A DNA stretch of 64,000 nt, from NCBI GenBank assembly GCA_965223265.1, contig OZ244999.1:8736001-8800000 (forward strand), in the 5' to 3' direction. The stretch comes from Planctomycetota bacterium. GTDB taxonomy: Bacteria; Planctomycetota; UBA8108; SXIK01. The notes under the pieces are model-generated. The model saw only the letters and a program-made list of their open reading frames with translations. It made no database searches and was not told the DNA's origin. Both the position numbers and the translations under genes were made by a program. Position 1 is the stretch's first letter. Each line of letters starts with the position of its first letter. Shown here one piece after another: positions 38,912-50,100 of this stretch.

Positions 38912-41251
38912 TCAGAATGCGAAGAGGAATTCCTTGGTGTTGAGGAGCGCCCAGAGCACGTCTTGAAAGAATTGGCGTCGTTGCCGGTGCGCTGGAACGT
39001 TCGAGCCCGCCGGACTGTCAGCGTCTTGCAGCGTACTAGAAGCTTTTAGCTGCGCAAGAATGCGTGCGCGTTCGGCCGGCCGAGGTGGACGCGAGAGCGA
39101 CCGCAGATAAATCGCGTCGAGCATCTCGGCGTCGTCCATTCCCGCTTGCAAGAGCTCATCGACAAGCTTGCCATCGGCGCTCACCATCGCATTCAGGAGC
39201 TCGCTGTTCATCAGCTCGAGCGCTTGGATCAAGTTCGGTTCCTGGACTCGTTCGCACTCGCACGAAGCCAATCGCCGGAGGGGGCGTCCGAAACTGTCGA
39301 GAAACGTCGAGGTGAACTTCGTGTCGGGTAGCTGCTGCGCGCGGAAATGGGCCGGCACGCCAGCGAACGATTCACGCTTACCTGTCACGTCCCCAAGTGC
39401 GTCGAGCAACTGCTCCGCCGTCATTCGTTGTGGTAGGTGATGGGAATAGAAACGCCTGTCGCCTCGATTCACCGCGGAAACTTGCGAACTCAGTTGATAA
39501 ACCTGTGAGTTCAAGATGCGTCGAATGAGGTGGCGCACATCGAATTCGTGCGCCTCGAAATCGCGGGCGAGCGCGTCGAGCAGTGCTTCGTTTGACGGCG
39601 GGTTCGAGGCGCGAAAGTCGTCGACCGGCTCGACAAGGCCGACCCCCATGAAATGGCGCCAGATGCGGTTGGCGGTCGCGCGCGCGAATTGCCGTCGTCC
39701 TGTCGTCGTGATCCACGTCGCGAGCTGTGCGCGGCGGGGCACGGCGGCTTCAGGAACGAATTCTTGGGCGCCGAGCGGTCGCGGTGGCATCGGGCGACCG
39801 CGTCTGGGATGATCGATTTCACCCTCATTGCGATCATGGATCACGAGTCCCGCAGGCGTGTTCTTGTTTCCCACTTGAGAGAAAAAGCTCGCCATGGAGT
39901 AGTAATCGTCCTGAGTCCACTTTTCGAACGGGTGATTGTGGCAGCGTGCACACCCGATCTGCACACCGAGGAAAACTTGTGACGTGGTCTCGGCGGCAAC
40001 CAGGGGCCACAGTTGTTGTTGGTTATAGACGCGCTGCAGTCGATAGTACGCAGCGCCACCGCGCTCTGAAACGTTTCCCGTACCGCTGATGAGCTCGCGC
40101 GCGACGACATCCCACGGTGTGTTGTTTTCGAAGTGTCGGCGCAAGAAACGGTTAAACGACCAAATCGCCTTTTCACCGATCCATTCCCTGCTGACGCGAA
40201 AAACGTCGCTCCACTTCTGCGTCCACATGTCGACGAACGCTCGGCTTTCGAGGAGCCGATCGACGAGGGTGGCTCGCTTATTCTTGCTGTCCTCCTTGAC
40301 GAACGAGGCCACGTCACGCGGGGTCGGTAGTTTGCCTGTGAGGTTGATGAAGACGCGGCGCAGAAACGTCGTGTCGTCACTCTGTGCGGACGGTTCGAGG
40401 CGTAGGCTTCGCCATTCGTCGATGACGATGTCATCGATGTAGTTGGTGCGTGGTAACGCGTCATAGTCGACTTTGGCAGCGGACTGAAATGGTACGCTGA
40501 TCTCCGCTGCAGCGACGACCCCTCGAAATTTGGCGCTGATCGCAGCCTTGCCTGGAGACCGCGCTTTCGCGATGCCGTCGGTGGTTACGGTTGCGACCTG
40601 AGTGTCATTGGTGTCATAGAGCGCCCACTCGGTGACGTCGCGTACGACGCCATTGGATAAGTACGCGTTGACACGGAGTTGAACAGTTCCCCCGATGTCT
40701 GTTCGCTGGCGTGACGGAGCGACCTCGAGGCGCACGACATGTGGGTCGGTCGCCTCAGGTGGTCGAGCACCTTGACGAATCCACTCGCGAACGATCGCGT
40801 AGCCATGTCCATCGCGCGGCAACACACGGCCGCCCTGATGCGGGAGAGTAAGACTTGACTTCAGTAAGATGAGGCTGTCGTCGGGCGACGCCGAGTTGAC
40901 GCGTCGGTCGAACAGATCGTGCGTGAGCGATGTGTAGTCGAGCTCTGGCGCGAATCCTTTCACCGACAGCAGGAGCCCTCCCTTTCCCGTCCGGCTGGCA
41001 TGACAACGTCCCTGGTTGCACCCCGCTTTCGAGAGGACTGGGAGGACGTCGGTGACAAACGAGAGACGACGGTTCTCGAGCTTCCCTGCCCCTTCCTGGA
41101 ACGCAGCAGCACGAGGGGCAGTCTCGGCGCGTGCAGTTCCCGGTGCTTTTGACTGGGCCGCCAGCCATGCCACCACGATGAGAGCCACAGCAGGAATCGT
41201 CGCGCAGCGACGACTTAACTGAGAGATTCGTTGAGACATTCCAGGGGTCAT
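38912..41251 (-). CDS. DUF1549 (PSCyt2) + DUF1553 (PSD1) protein with an Ig-like domain
   Basis: SFVTDVLPVLSKAGCNQGRCH, NYIDDIV, FLRRV, GCARCHNHPFEKW, NRIWRHFMGVGLVEPVDD and FGRP..CECER motifs. Confidence 0.9.
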   Translation of the reverse strand: MTPGMSQRISQLSRRCATIPAVALIVVAWLAAQSKAPGTARAETAPRAAAFQEGAGKLENRRLSFVTDVLPVLSKAGCNQGRCHASRTGKGGLLLSVKGFAPELDYTSLTHDLFDRRVNSASPDDSLILLKSSLTLPHQGGRVLPRDGHGYAIVREWIRQGARPPEATDPHVVRLEVAPSRQRTDIGGTVQLRVNAYLSNGVVRDVTEWALYDTNDTQVATVTTDGIAKARSPGKAAISAKFRGVVAAAEISVPFQSAAKVDYDALPRTNYIDDIVIDEWRSLRLEPSAQSDDTTFLRRVFINLTGKLPTPRDVASFVKEDSKNKRATLVDRLLESRAFVDMWTQKWSDVFRVSREWIGEKAIWSFNRFLRRHFENNTPWDVVARELISGTGNVSERGGAAYYRLQRVYNQQQLWPLVAAETTSQVFLGVQIGCARCHNHPFEKWTQDDYYSMASFFSQVGNKNTPAGLVIHDRNEGEIDHPRRGRPMPPRPLGAQEFVPEAAVPRRAQLATWITTTGRRQFARATANRIWRHFMGVGLVEPVDDFRASNPPSNEALLDALARDFEAHEFDVRHLIRRILNSQVYQLSSQVSAVNRGDRRFYSHHLPQRMTAEQLLDALGDVTGKRESFAGVPAHFRAQQLPDTKFTSTFLDSFGRPLRRLASCECERVQEPNLIQALELMNSELLNAMVSADGKLVDELLQAGMDDAEMLDAIYLRSLSRPPRPAERARILAQLKASSTLQDADSPAGSNVPAHRQRRQFFQDVLWALLNTKEFLFAF

Positions 41252-41297
41252 CTTCGCGTCGCTCTGGACCTGAGTGGGACGACTCTTGGCTCCTGCG

Positions 41298-42761
41298 TCA
41301 GGCGAGGATTTTCGTCACCACCGACCCGCCTACGTCCGTCAGTCGCACGTCGCGTCCCTCGTGCCGATACGTCAACTGCGTGTGGTCGATTCCCAAGCAA
41401 TGCAGAATCGTTGCTTGCAGATCATGCACGTGGACCCGCGACTCGATCCCATGATAGCCGAGTTCGTCGGTTGCGCCTACGATCTGTCCGCCACGAACGC
41501 CGCCGCCCGCCATGAGCATCGTGAACGCGAACGGGTGATGGTCCCTTCCCTCGCTGCCGGGGGCGAAACCGCGACGGACCTCGTGCATCGGAGTGCGTCC
41601 GAACTCTGCGCCCCAGATCACCAACGTGTCGTCGAGGAGGCCTCGCTGCTTGAGATCCCTGAGTAGCGCCGCCGCCGGGCGGTCCGTCATGTCGCAATTG
41701 GTCTTCAGATTTCTGTTCAGGTTGGAGTGATCGTCCCAAGTCGAGTGGTAGAGCTGGATGAAGCGAACGCCGCGCTCAGCCATGCGCCGCGCAAGAAGGC
41801 AATTGCTACCAAACCAGCGCGTCCTTTCATTGTTCAGGCCGTACATTCGCAGCGTTGAGGGAGTTTCGCGCGAGAAGTCGACGAGCTCCGGCGCGGCCAT
41901 TTGCATGCGAAACGCTAACTCGTAGGATGCGATCCGTGAGGCGATTTCGGTGTCGCCCGTGGCACTGAAGCGTTCTTTGTTCAGCGCCCGTACAGCGTCG
42001 AGCCGTGCCCTCTGCGCTTCCCGGCTGAGTCCTTCGGGGTTCGAGAGGTGAAGAATTGGCGTCCCCTGACTACGGAACGTGACGCCGCGGTGCTTCGCCG
42101 GCAAGAATCCATTCGTCCAAAGGGACGTGCCCCCGTCGACGCCGTGACCTGAGTTGGACAGGAGAACGACGAAGCCTGGGAGATCGTCGGCATCGCTACC
42201 AAGGCCGTACGTCAGCCACGCGCCCATCGACGGATGGCCGAAGAGGATTGTGCCGCAGTTCATGAGTAACTGCGCCGGATGGTGGTTGCTCACGTCTGTG
42301 TGCACTGCGCGCAGCATACAGAGATCGTCGGCGTGCGTGGCGAGGTGGGGCAGGTAGTCGGAGAAGTCCATGCCGCACTGGCCGTGCTTGGTAAACGTGC
42401 GCGGACTGGCCCAAACGCGGGCGCTGCCTTTGATCAGCGGATCGTCGAGATCGGTGAGAAACGACGTCGGGACCGGCTGGCCGTGGAGCTTCGCCGTTAA
42501 GGGCTTCGGATCGAAGAGATCCATCTGACTGGGGCCACCCGCCATGAAGATAAAGATGACACGCTTGGCCAGTGGCCGCACCGTGGCTGACGACGCTACG
42601 GCGGCAGGGTCAACGAGCCCCGTTTCTGCCTGCAGCCCGTCCTGTGCAAGGAGCTGCGTCAGCGCCGCGACCCCGAGGCCGCCTGTGCAATCGCGAAGAA
42701 AGCGCCTGCGGGCTTCGAGTGCAAGAATATCTGGTACGACCATGGCGTTCTTTTTCCGCAC
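41298..42761 (-). CDS. DUF1501 domain protein
   Basis: RRRFL, AKRVIFIFMAGGPSQMDLFDPKP, SYELAFRMQ, LARRMAERGVRF, WDDH and EFGRTP..GRDHHP motifs. Start 42761 or 42743. Confidence 0.92.
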   Translation of the reverse strand: MRKKNAMVVPDILALEARRRFLRDCTGGLGVAALTQLLAQDGLQAETGLVDPAAVASSATVRPLAKRVIFIFMAGGPSQMDLFDPKPLTAKLHGQPVPTSFLTDLDDPLIKGSARVWASPRTFTKHGQCGMDFSDYLPHLATHADDLCMLRAVHTDVSNHHPAQLLMNCGTILFGHPSMGAWLTYGLGSDADDLPGFVVLLSNSGHGVDGGTSLWTNGFLPAKHRGVTFRSQGTPILHLSNPEGLSREAQRARLDAVRALNKERFSATGDTEIASRIASYELAFRMQMAAPELVDFSRETPSTLRMYGLNNERTRWFGSNCLLARRMAERGVRFIQLYHSTWDDHSNLNRNLKTNCDMTDRPAAALLRDLKQRGLLDDTLVIWGAEFGRTPMHEVRRGFAPGSEGRDHHPFAFTMLMAGGGVRGGQIVGATDELGYHGIESRVHVHDLQATILHCLGIDHTQLTYRHEGRDVRLTDVGGSVVTKILA

Positions 42762-45169
42762 CTATCCGCGTGTTATGAACTCGTGAAGGTTGAGCAGTAC
42801 GCTGCTTAGTCCGGTCCACACCGCCAGCTCGCGTGCTACGGAGTGTGCACCGTCCAGCGATTTCGCTTCCTCCTCGACGATGCTTCGCTGTTGATCGAGG
42901 TAGGCGAGCATCGCCTTGACCTCCGGGGCACGAGGCGGACGCGCTAATGTAAGTCGAAACGCGTACTCAGCGCGTTCAGTTTCGTCGGCGAGGTCAAGCT
43001 GCAGCAGACGCTCTGCCATCGCCTCGGCTGCTTCGAAGAACACCGGATCGTTGAGCAGTTGCAGCGCCTGGAGCGGGGTGTTCGAGCGTTCGCGTTGGGG
43101 GCACGACTCGCTCGGGTTTGGAGCGTCGAAGTTGATGGTTTGCGCGAACGGCGAAGTGCGCTGGATGAAAGTGTAGAGCCCGCGGCGGTATCTATCTTCG
43201 CCAGCGCTAACCTGCCATTTGTTACCGTAGGCCTCTTGGGTGACGCTTTCCGGCTGCGGGGGACGTACGCTCGGGCCGCCGTACTTGCGACTCAAGAGGC
43301 CGCTCGTCGCAAGTGCGGCGTCACGCACCAACTCGGCGGAGATGCGAAGACTCGATTGACGTGCAAGCAGCCGATTGTCCGGATCGACCTCGACAAGGTC
43401 GACGCGCGCAGCGGACGATTGCCGGTAGGTCGCCGACGTCACGACCAGGCGAAGAAGCGTTTGACGCTCCAGCCTTGGCGTCGAAACTCAAGTGCCAACC
43501 AATCGAGTAGCTGCGGATGCGTGGGAGCTTCCCCGCGGACACCGAAATCTCCGGGCGTGCGAACCAAACCATGACCGAAGAGCTCCTGCCAGAAACGGTT
43601 CACCGTGACGCGGGCGGTCAGTGGGTTTTCAGGCGAGAGGAGCCACTCGGCCAATCGCAGCCGCGCGTCTGGATCCACCGCGATTGACTCGGTGTTCGAA
43701 TGCTCTCCGACGAGATCCGCGCGCGGCAGTATCGCCGGCGTGCGGGTCTGAACGACTCCGCCGCGATCGCGAAAACTTCCACGCACATGGATGTAGGTGG
43801 GGCGCTCGACGAGCGAGTTGTGCATCGCTGGAGCACGGGTCATCGGCGGCAAACTCTTCTTCAAGTCGACGAGCTTTGAATTCACCTGATCGAGTCCGAG
43901 CTCTTTCCAGCGCGCGGGATCGATCACCGAACCGCTACGAAGGAAGTAGTCGAGGAGCCGCTCCTTTTGCAGTGTGGTTCGCTGAAAGACTGGAGTTTGG
44001 ACAATTTCGGTCCCTTCCAGCTGCCCCTCACCTTTGCCGCCTCCCCAAACGAGGCCGAGCAGCTCCCACTGTCGATCCCATACATGATCTTCGCCAGGGG
44101 AGGCGAGGGCGGCGAGCAGTTTTGCTTCCCACAGGGCCTGCAGACTGTCGATCTCCGCGGCGAGCGGCGCCAGCACTCTTTGGCGTTGGTCTTCGTACTC
44201 TTTCCGTGCCGCTGCGTAGGGCTCCTCTTCGTCGCGTCGCGGCGCGTCGATGTTGATTTCTGCGGCGTTGTTGAAGAACGCGTAGAGCTCGTAGAACTCC
44301 TTCTGGGACAGCGGGTCGTATTTATGGTCGTGGCAACGGGCGCAGCCAACGGTTAGGCCTAACCACACCGTGCCGACAAGCCGCGTCCTCGCGACGGTCT
44401 GCTCGACACGGAATTCTTCAAGGTCGGCGCCACCCTCACGATTGCTGAGGGTATTGCGCAGGAAGCCAGTAGCGATCTTCTCCGAGATGCCGGGATCCGC
44501 GAGTCGATCGCCGGCGAGTTGTTGCGTCGTGAACTCGTCGAACGGGAGATCTCGATTGAGGGCATCGACCACCCATTGTCGATAGCGCCACGCGTACGGC
44601 CGCGGTTGATCCGTCAGATACCCGTCAGTGTCGGCGTAATAACAGAGATCGAGCCAGTGGCGGGCCCATTTTTCACCGAAGTGGTGTGATGCCAACAGGC
44701 GGTCAACCGCGCGTTCGTACGCATTGGGTGATCGATCGTTCACGAACGCCGTGACTTCGTCGAGCGTCGGTGGAAGACCGACGAGGTCGAGACTCAAACG
44801 ACGCAGGAGTGTGTGGCGGTCAGCCGCCAAGGCGGGACGCAATTGGTCGCGTTCGAGTCGTGCTAGGACGAAATGGTCGATGGGATTCCGCGCCCACGAT
44901 GCGTCTTGCACGGCCGGGAGCGGTGGTGACGAGACTGGCCGAAAGGCCCAGTGTTTTGCGGTCGATTCTCTCGTCGCCGTTGTGGCTGCGGGCTCAGCAG
45001 ATGTCGCGCCGGTGGACGTCGCCGTTGTCGTCTGGTCGGTTTCCCTTTGTGCCGCGGTGTTTGCGGTCACCTGCACCGAGTCGCGTGTCGAACGCGTCGG
45101 CTGACAACCAAACGTCGCCACAGCGCCAACGATGCATGCAGCGAGACCTAAAGAAAACTGAGTCCACAT
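42762..45169 (-). pseudogene. DUF1549/DUF1553 lipoprotein split by a 1-nt frameshift near 43460 (true lesion or sequencing error)
   Basis: Upstream frame (HWAF, NPIDHF, CARCHDHK, NRFWQELFG) reads ..GWSVKRFFAWS*. Adding one base gives the family consensus GWSVKxLLRLVVTSATYRQSS, which continues as ORF 42762-43442. Confidence 0.8.
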
Positions 45170-45172
45170 CGG

Positions 45173-46279
45173 TCAGGCGGTTTCAAAGCCCCAAAGATAG
45201 GCTGCGTTGCGTCCCAAAATCTTTTCGCTGTCTTCTTTTGAGAAAACTGGAATTCTGCGAATCAGATCGATCTCCTTGTCCAGTGACGGACGGCCGAATT
45301 CAGCGCGTGCACCGCCCGGGTATCCGGTGCCCCACAGGAGGCGATCCGGACCGAACGCCTCGTAGAGCCGCTTCACCCACGGGTAAGCGTCTGTGAAAGG
45401 GTACTTGCCGGATTTCGACACCGAAGTGAGCTCCGACACCTTCACCCAAACGTTCGGGTAGCGCGCCATCGCTAGGAGCAACTTGAAGTCCGGCTCGGGG
45501 TTCTCCTGGCCAAGGTCCATTTGACCGATGTGGTCGATGGTGATGCGTACGCTCGGGTGCGCCTTGACCATGTCTTCCAGTTTGGGCAACTGGATCGGGG
45601 CGATGAAAAAATTGAACACCGCTCCAAGCTCCTCCGCTTGACGCCACAGCTTGTGCGTTTCGGGCGCATTGATCCAGCGGTCGCCACCGTGATTCCCGTT
45701 TCGATAGTAGATGGCGCTGAAACGCATTCCATGGAGGCCGTGTTCTTTGACCCAGTACTCGAGCTTGTCGGCTACTTTGGGGTCGGTTGGATCGATCAGA
45801 CCGTGCGCCTTGAGTCGCTTGGGGTAGCGTTTGACGCAATCGGCGACGTAGGTATTGTCCCAGCCGTGGTAGATCACCTGGACCAGAACGGAGTGCGTAC
45901 AGCCGTGCTGATCCATGTCCTTTATGAGCATCTCGAGCGTTCCTTCGTGCTCCGGTCCTTCCCAGTTCTTGTTGTACGGGTGAGGGAAGGGGTAGCGCTT
46001 TGGCTCGTTGGCCCAGACGTGCATGTGGGTGTCGATGATCGGGTGCGCGGGGGTTTTCTTGTCGCCCGCGTCTGCCTCTGAAGCCAGGCCGACGCTCAAC
46101 GCCGACGCCGCGCTGACGCTGACCGCTGCAGTCGTCGCGCGTCTGAGAAAGTCACGGCGGTTGATGTCGTCTCGGCTTGAGGGCGTGGATCCCTCCGGGT
46201 TACGCGACGCGGCTCGAGGCGTGAACGGTATCATGTTTTTGTTTTTGCCGGTGTCGGTGTCGTTGTCGGTGTTCCTCAT
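45173..46279 (-). CDS. Amidohydrolase family 2 (lactonase-like) with Tat signal
   Basis: NRRDFLRR Tat motif; IIDTHMHVW, DNTY, IDHIG, VWVKVS and FGPDRLLWGTGYP motifs; ATG 46279 with AGGGAG RBS. Confidence 0.88.
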   Translation of the reverse strand: MRNTDNDTDTGKNKNMIPFTPRAASRNPEGSTPSSRDDINRRDFLRRATTAAVSVSAASALSVGLASEADAGDKKTPAHPIIDTHMHVWANEPKRYPFPHPYNKNWEGPEHEGTLEMLIKDMDQHGCTHSVLVQVIYHGWDNTYVADCVKRYPKRLKAHGLIDPTDPKVADKLEYWVKEHGLHGMRFSAIYYRNGNHGGDRWINAPETHKLWRQAEELGAVFNFFIAPIQLPKLEDMVKAHPSVRITIDHIGQMDLGQENPEPDFKLLLAMARYPNVWVKVSELTSVSKSGKYPFTDAYPWVKRLYEAFGPDRLLWGTGYPGGARAEFGRPSLDKEIDLIRRIPVFSKEDSEKILGRNAAYLWGFETA

Positions 46280-46487
46280 GTCAGCTCCCTGGCGGCGGTC
46301 TGTGACGGTGGAAATCAACGGGACGACCTTCAGTGTCACCGTGCGGTCGAGAGACTTCAACGATAACTCGCGTTGATCCTTGAAGGCACTACTGCAAGGT
46401 CATCCCTGCTGGATCTTTCGCCATGCGATTTCGGCGTTCGTACGCCATCGCAGTCGGTGATCTGCAACCGTATCCGACGCCACCAGG

Positions 46488-47130
46488 TGAGGTGGAGACA
46501 GATGCAGAGACAGAGCCCAACGTTGCAAAAGAGACGCGCCTTAAGACCGTGCGCGATTGCGATTGAGTGAGAGTTTGCGTGTACGTTTGCGTGTGAGTGT
46601 GCGTGGGCGAGGGGGAACACCGCACACCGTCAACCTCACCAAACGTGAGGTCCGCCACGACGTCCCTCAACTGCCGATCGAACCTCAGGGAAAGGGTTTC
46701 TCCGCCCTACCTGCGAAAACTTATGCAACTGTCGGGACAGAGCCGGAGACAGAGCCGGAGACAGACGCAGAGCCGGTGACGGAGGCGTGAAGCCGAGACA
46801 GACTGAGAGAACGCCCACGCGAACGCAACGGGAACGGCCGACGCGCACGCTGACGACCGAGCGTCACACGGAGAGACCGTGAGTTTTTGGCACGCGGTCG
46901 TGACTCACGGCACGGTCACGGTCCACGCTCCACGGTCACGTCCAGAACGGCACACGGTTTTGCCTGCTCGTTTGGACGGTCTTCCTGCGTTGACTTGGTT
47001 TCCTTTCGTTCAACTCTTGTTCTGATCTTTTGAATCTTGAACAGAAGCAAACGAAGATCAGGCAGAGAAGCGGCAGGCGCTCGAGGATCCACGCCCACGC
47101 ACTCGCCTCTCCGCCTCACGCAATCGCAAA
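46488..47130. repeat. Intergenic patchwork of degenerate hexamer/12-mer tracts
   Basis: GAGACAGATGCAGAGACAGAG; GCGATTGCGATT..GCGTGTGAGTGTGCGTG; (GACAGAGCCGGA)2; CACGGTCACGGTCCACG; CACGCCCACGCACTC. Confidence 0.65.
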
Positions 47131-47173
47131 TGGGCGCCGAGGCACCCATAGACTTTCCGTCGAGTCAGTCCCG

Positions 47174-50100
47174 TCAGGCAGACGGAACGCAGAGAACGCG
47201 CCACAACGCCGCGTACCAGCGCCGGCTATCTTTCGAGATGCGTTTAGTGGCGCGGCGGTAGGTCTCGAGCATGTCCGTTTGGTCGGGGGCATGGAGCCAC
47301 GGGTATGACTTTCTTGCCAGCCTGAGATGACGCATCGCCTGACGCAGGCGTCGGTCGCCACGTGGTATGACGAGAATCGCGCGGAAGAGATGTACGAGAA
47401 ACTCATAGTACGGAGTCTCGGGGACTGCCGCGACGCGCGCCATGTATCCTTCCGCTGCCTCGATTTCACCGGTGAGGGCAGACTCGAGGGCGAGGTAGAT
47501 GAGATGGCCGTCGGTGGTGTGGTCGCGCGGAAGTTCGATCGCGCGCGAACTCAGTTCGATCGTCCGCCTCCACTGACCGAGCTTGCGCCACGCGATCATA
47601 AGGTTGAACAGCGCCCGCGGTGTGACGTCGCTTCGTGTCTCCCAATCCGCGAGCCATTGCGCTGCTCTTCTGTACTTCCCAACGGTCAGATAGGCGTACC
47701 CGACAGCGACCCACGTGTCGTTGGTGTTTCTCAGATCCTCGGTGTTCTTTCCGATCCGCTTAAGGACGCGCCGCGGTTTGGAGTTGTCCGCGAAAAACTC
47801 GATCGCAGCAGCCACCGCTGGTGCCATGCGAGCGTTCTGTCTCCACTTTTCGTAGAGATCCTCGAGTTTGGACAATTTCTTCGGCTCTGCGAAGTGGTCG
47901 ATCCAGTAGCACGCCGCCAGCGGTTGCGCGGACTCAGAGTCGGTGTCCACGTTCACGAGGAGCGTGTGCTCGCACTCGCTCGCTTTGCCTGCTTGGACGA
48001 GCGCCTCTCCTGCCATTCCCAGCGACCACGCAGTGGCATCTTCGGCACGGCAGAGCTCGCCAAAGTGTTCGATGGCTTCCTGGGGAGTGCTTCGCTTGAT
48101 CGCCAAACGAACGTCAAACGCCAGCAGCGCCGCCTGCGCGTCATGAGCCCGCATCAGTCGCAGCGCCGAAGCGGCTTCCTCGACTTCGTCGTCTTCTAAG
48201 TGTAGATCGAAGAGGCTCACACCAGCAAAGAAGTACCCGGGTGAGAGGTCCAACGCGCGCCGAAACTCGACCTTGGCGGCGCCGCGATCGCCACGTCGTA
48301 AATGTGCGTCTGCGGCGTGTCCGTGCGCAAGCGCATCGTTTGGAGTCAGTCGAGTCAGCCGCAGTGCAGCGCGCTCGTAGCCGGCATCGTCCCCCGTGTG
48401 ATCGTACCAATCGGCAAGCAGCTGCCAACCAGAGCAAAATGACGGATCGTCGCCAACCACTTTTTCGATGAGTTCGATCGCGCGAGAGAGATCGCCACAC
48501 ATCGCATGCACCCACGCCTGTCGCGCCCGCAAGATCACGGGCAGCTTGGCGCCGCGAAGAGCTGGCGGCTCGCAGGCCGCAAGCGCTTCCTCCGTACGGC
48601 CGTTGGTCGCGAGCAGCTTCGCGTGGAGATCGTGGGTCTCGACGCACCTCTCGTCGATTTTAAGAGCGTGCTGAATCGCTCCAAGCGCTTCGTGCTCGTC
48701 CCCGAGCCCGGCGAGGATTTGGGCGCGGACGCGCCATGAGCGCGTTTCACCCGGACGTCGATCCGTCAGATCGTTGGCGAGCTCGAGCGCCGCCTCCGGC
48801 CGCTCGACTTGCTGCGCCCACTCGAGGAGGAGCTGCCAGCCGGACGCCTGGTCGGAGTCGAGAAGAAGAGCGCGCCGCAGCTGCTCGAACGCCGCACTCT
48901 TCTTGTTGGACTTCCAGAGGAGTTCAGCGAGATAGCCGCGGTTCGCCGGGTCGAGCGGTGATCGTGCGACGGCGGAATTCAAAAGCTGACGGGCATCCGC
49001 AAGGTTGCCTTCACGTTCGAACAGGAGCGCCAGCTGACGGACGGCCGGGCCGTAGTCGGGCGACACCTCCAGCGCATGGCGCAGCGCCGCTCGCTCACCG
49101 TCGAAGTCGCGACGCGCCTGGTGGACAGAGGCGAGATCGAGCCACAGTCGCGGTAGGAGTCGAAAGCGGCTTGTCGCATCGCTTGCGAGCGCTAGCGCCG
49201 TGTCGAGCTGCCCCATAGCGACGTGTTGAGTTATCGTGGCGGACCAGGCATGCCAAAGATCCGGGCGAGCCGCCAAGATCTCCTCGAGGACTTCGACCAC
49301 CGTGCCCGCATCGAGTGTTTCGCACGCCAGCGCCTGAAAGACGATGAGCGCCTCGCCACGGATGACTTGCTTGACGAGCTCGTCCTGCACGAAGGCGAGT
49401 TCAGCTTCGCGCTCGGTGGGAGTCTCGCAGGCGCGGAGCAGGTTCTGGAGCGCGAAGTCGTGATCCACTGAAAGGTGAAGTGCGGCGCGGAAGAACTCCT
49501 TCGCCTCGAGTTTGTCGCCACGAAGCGTGGCGACGTAACCCCGAATCGAGTGACTTGCCGGAGAGGTCGGATCGACTTCAAGCGCGTGGTCCGCAGCTTC
49601 GAGAGCTTCGTCGAAGCGATGAAGAGAAGCCAGAGTCAGCGCCAACTCTCGAATCGTCCAACCGTCCGCCGGATGGATTCTGAGGAGGTGCCGGATCACT
49701 TCTTCCGCTCTCTGCGGATCCTCGCTGCTGTGGTGTTCGATGAGTAGTTGGTGGACGCTGTAATTGTGAGGGTAGGCTTCGGCGACCGTCGTCAGATAGT
49801 TGGCCGCGGCGTCATGTCCGGCGGTCGAACTGAGCAAATGGCTCACGGCGCGATGGGCGTCCATCGCGAGCGGTTCTGCGGTTGCGATCTCTTTCCAGAG
49901 CTCGAGAGATTCTTCCAGTCGCGCGTCGTAGAGTGCGAGCGCTGCAGCCGTGCGTTGCCAGGACGCGGCGCGGGTGCAGTCCTCTGCGCGCGCTAGTAAT
50001 CGTTCTCCCTCGGCGGTGTTTCCATAGCGAGCGTGGGCATCAGCCGCGAACAGAAGTAACTCACCGTCGCTCGGTCTGTGTTCAAGCGCTGTCTCGAGTT

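Noticed and set aside
43455-43470. Programmed -1 ribosomal frameshift
   Set aside because: No X XXY YYZ slippery site or evident stimulatory structure, and the break falls mid-domain.
46380-47170. Possible CRISPR or other spacer array
   Set aside because: No constant-length repeats with unique spacers and no cas genes; only degenerate short-period tracts.
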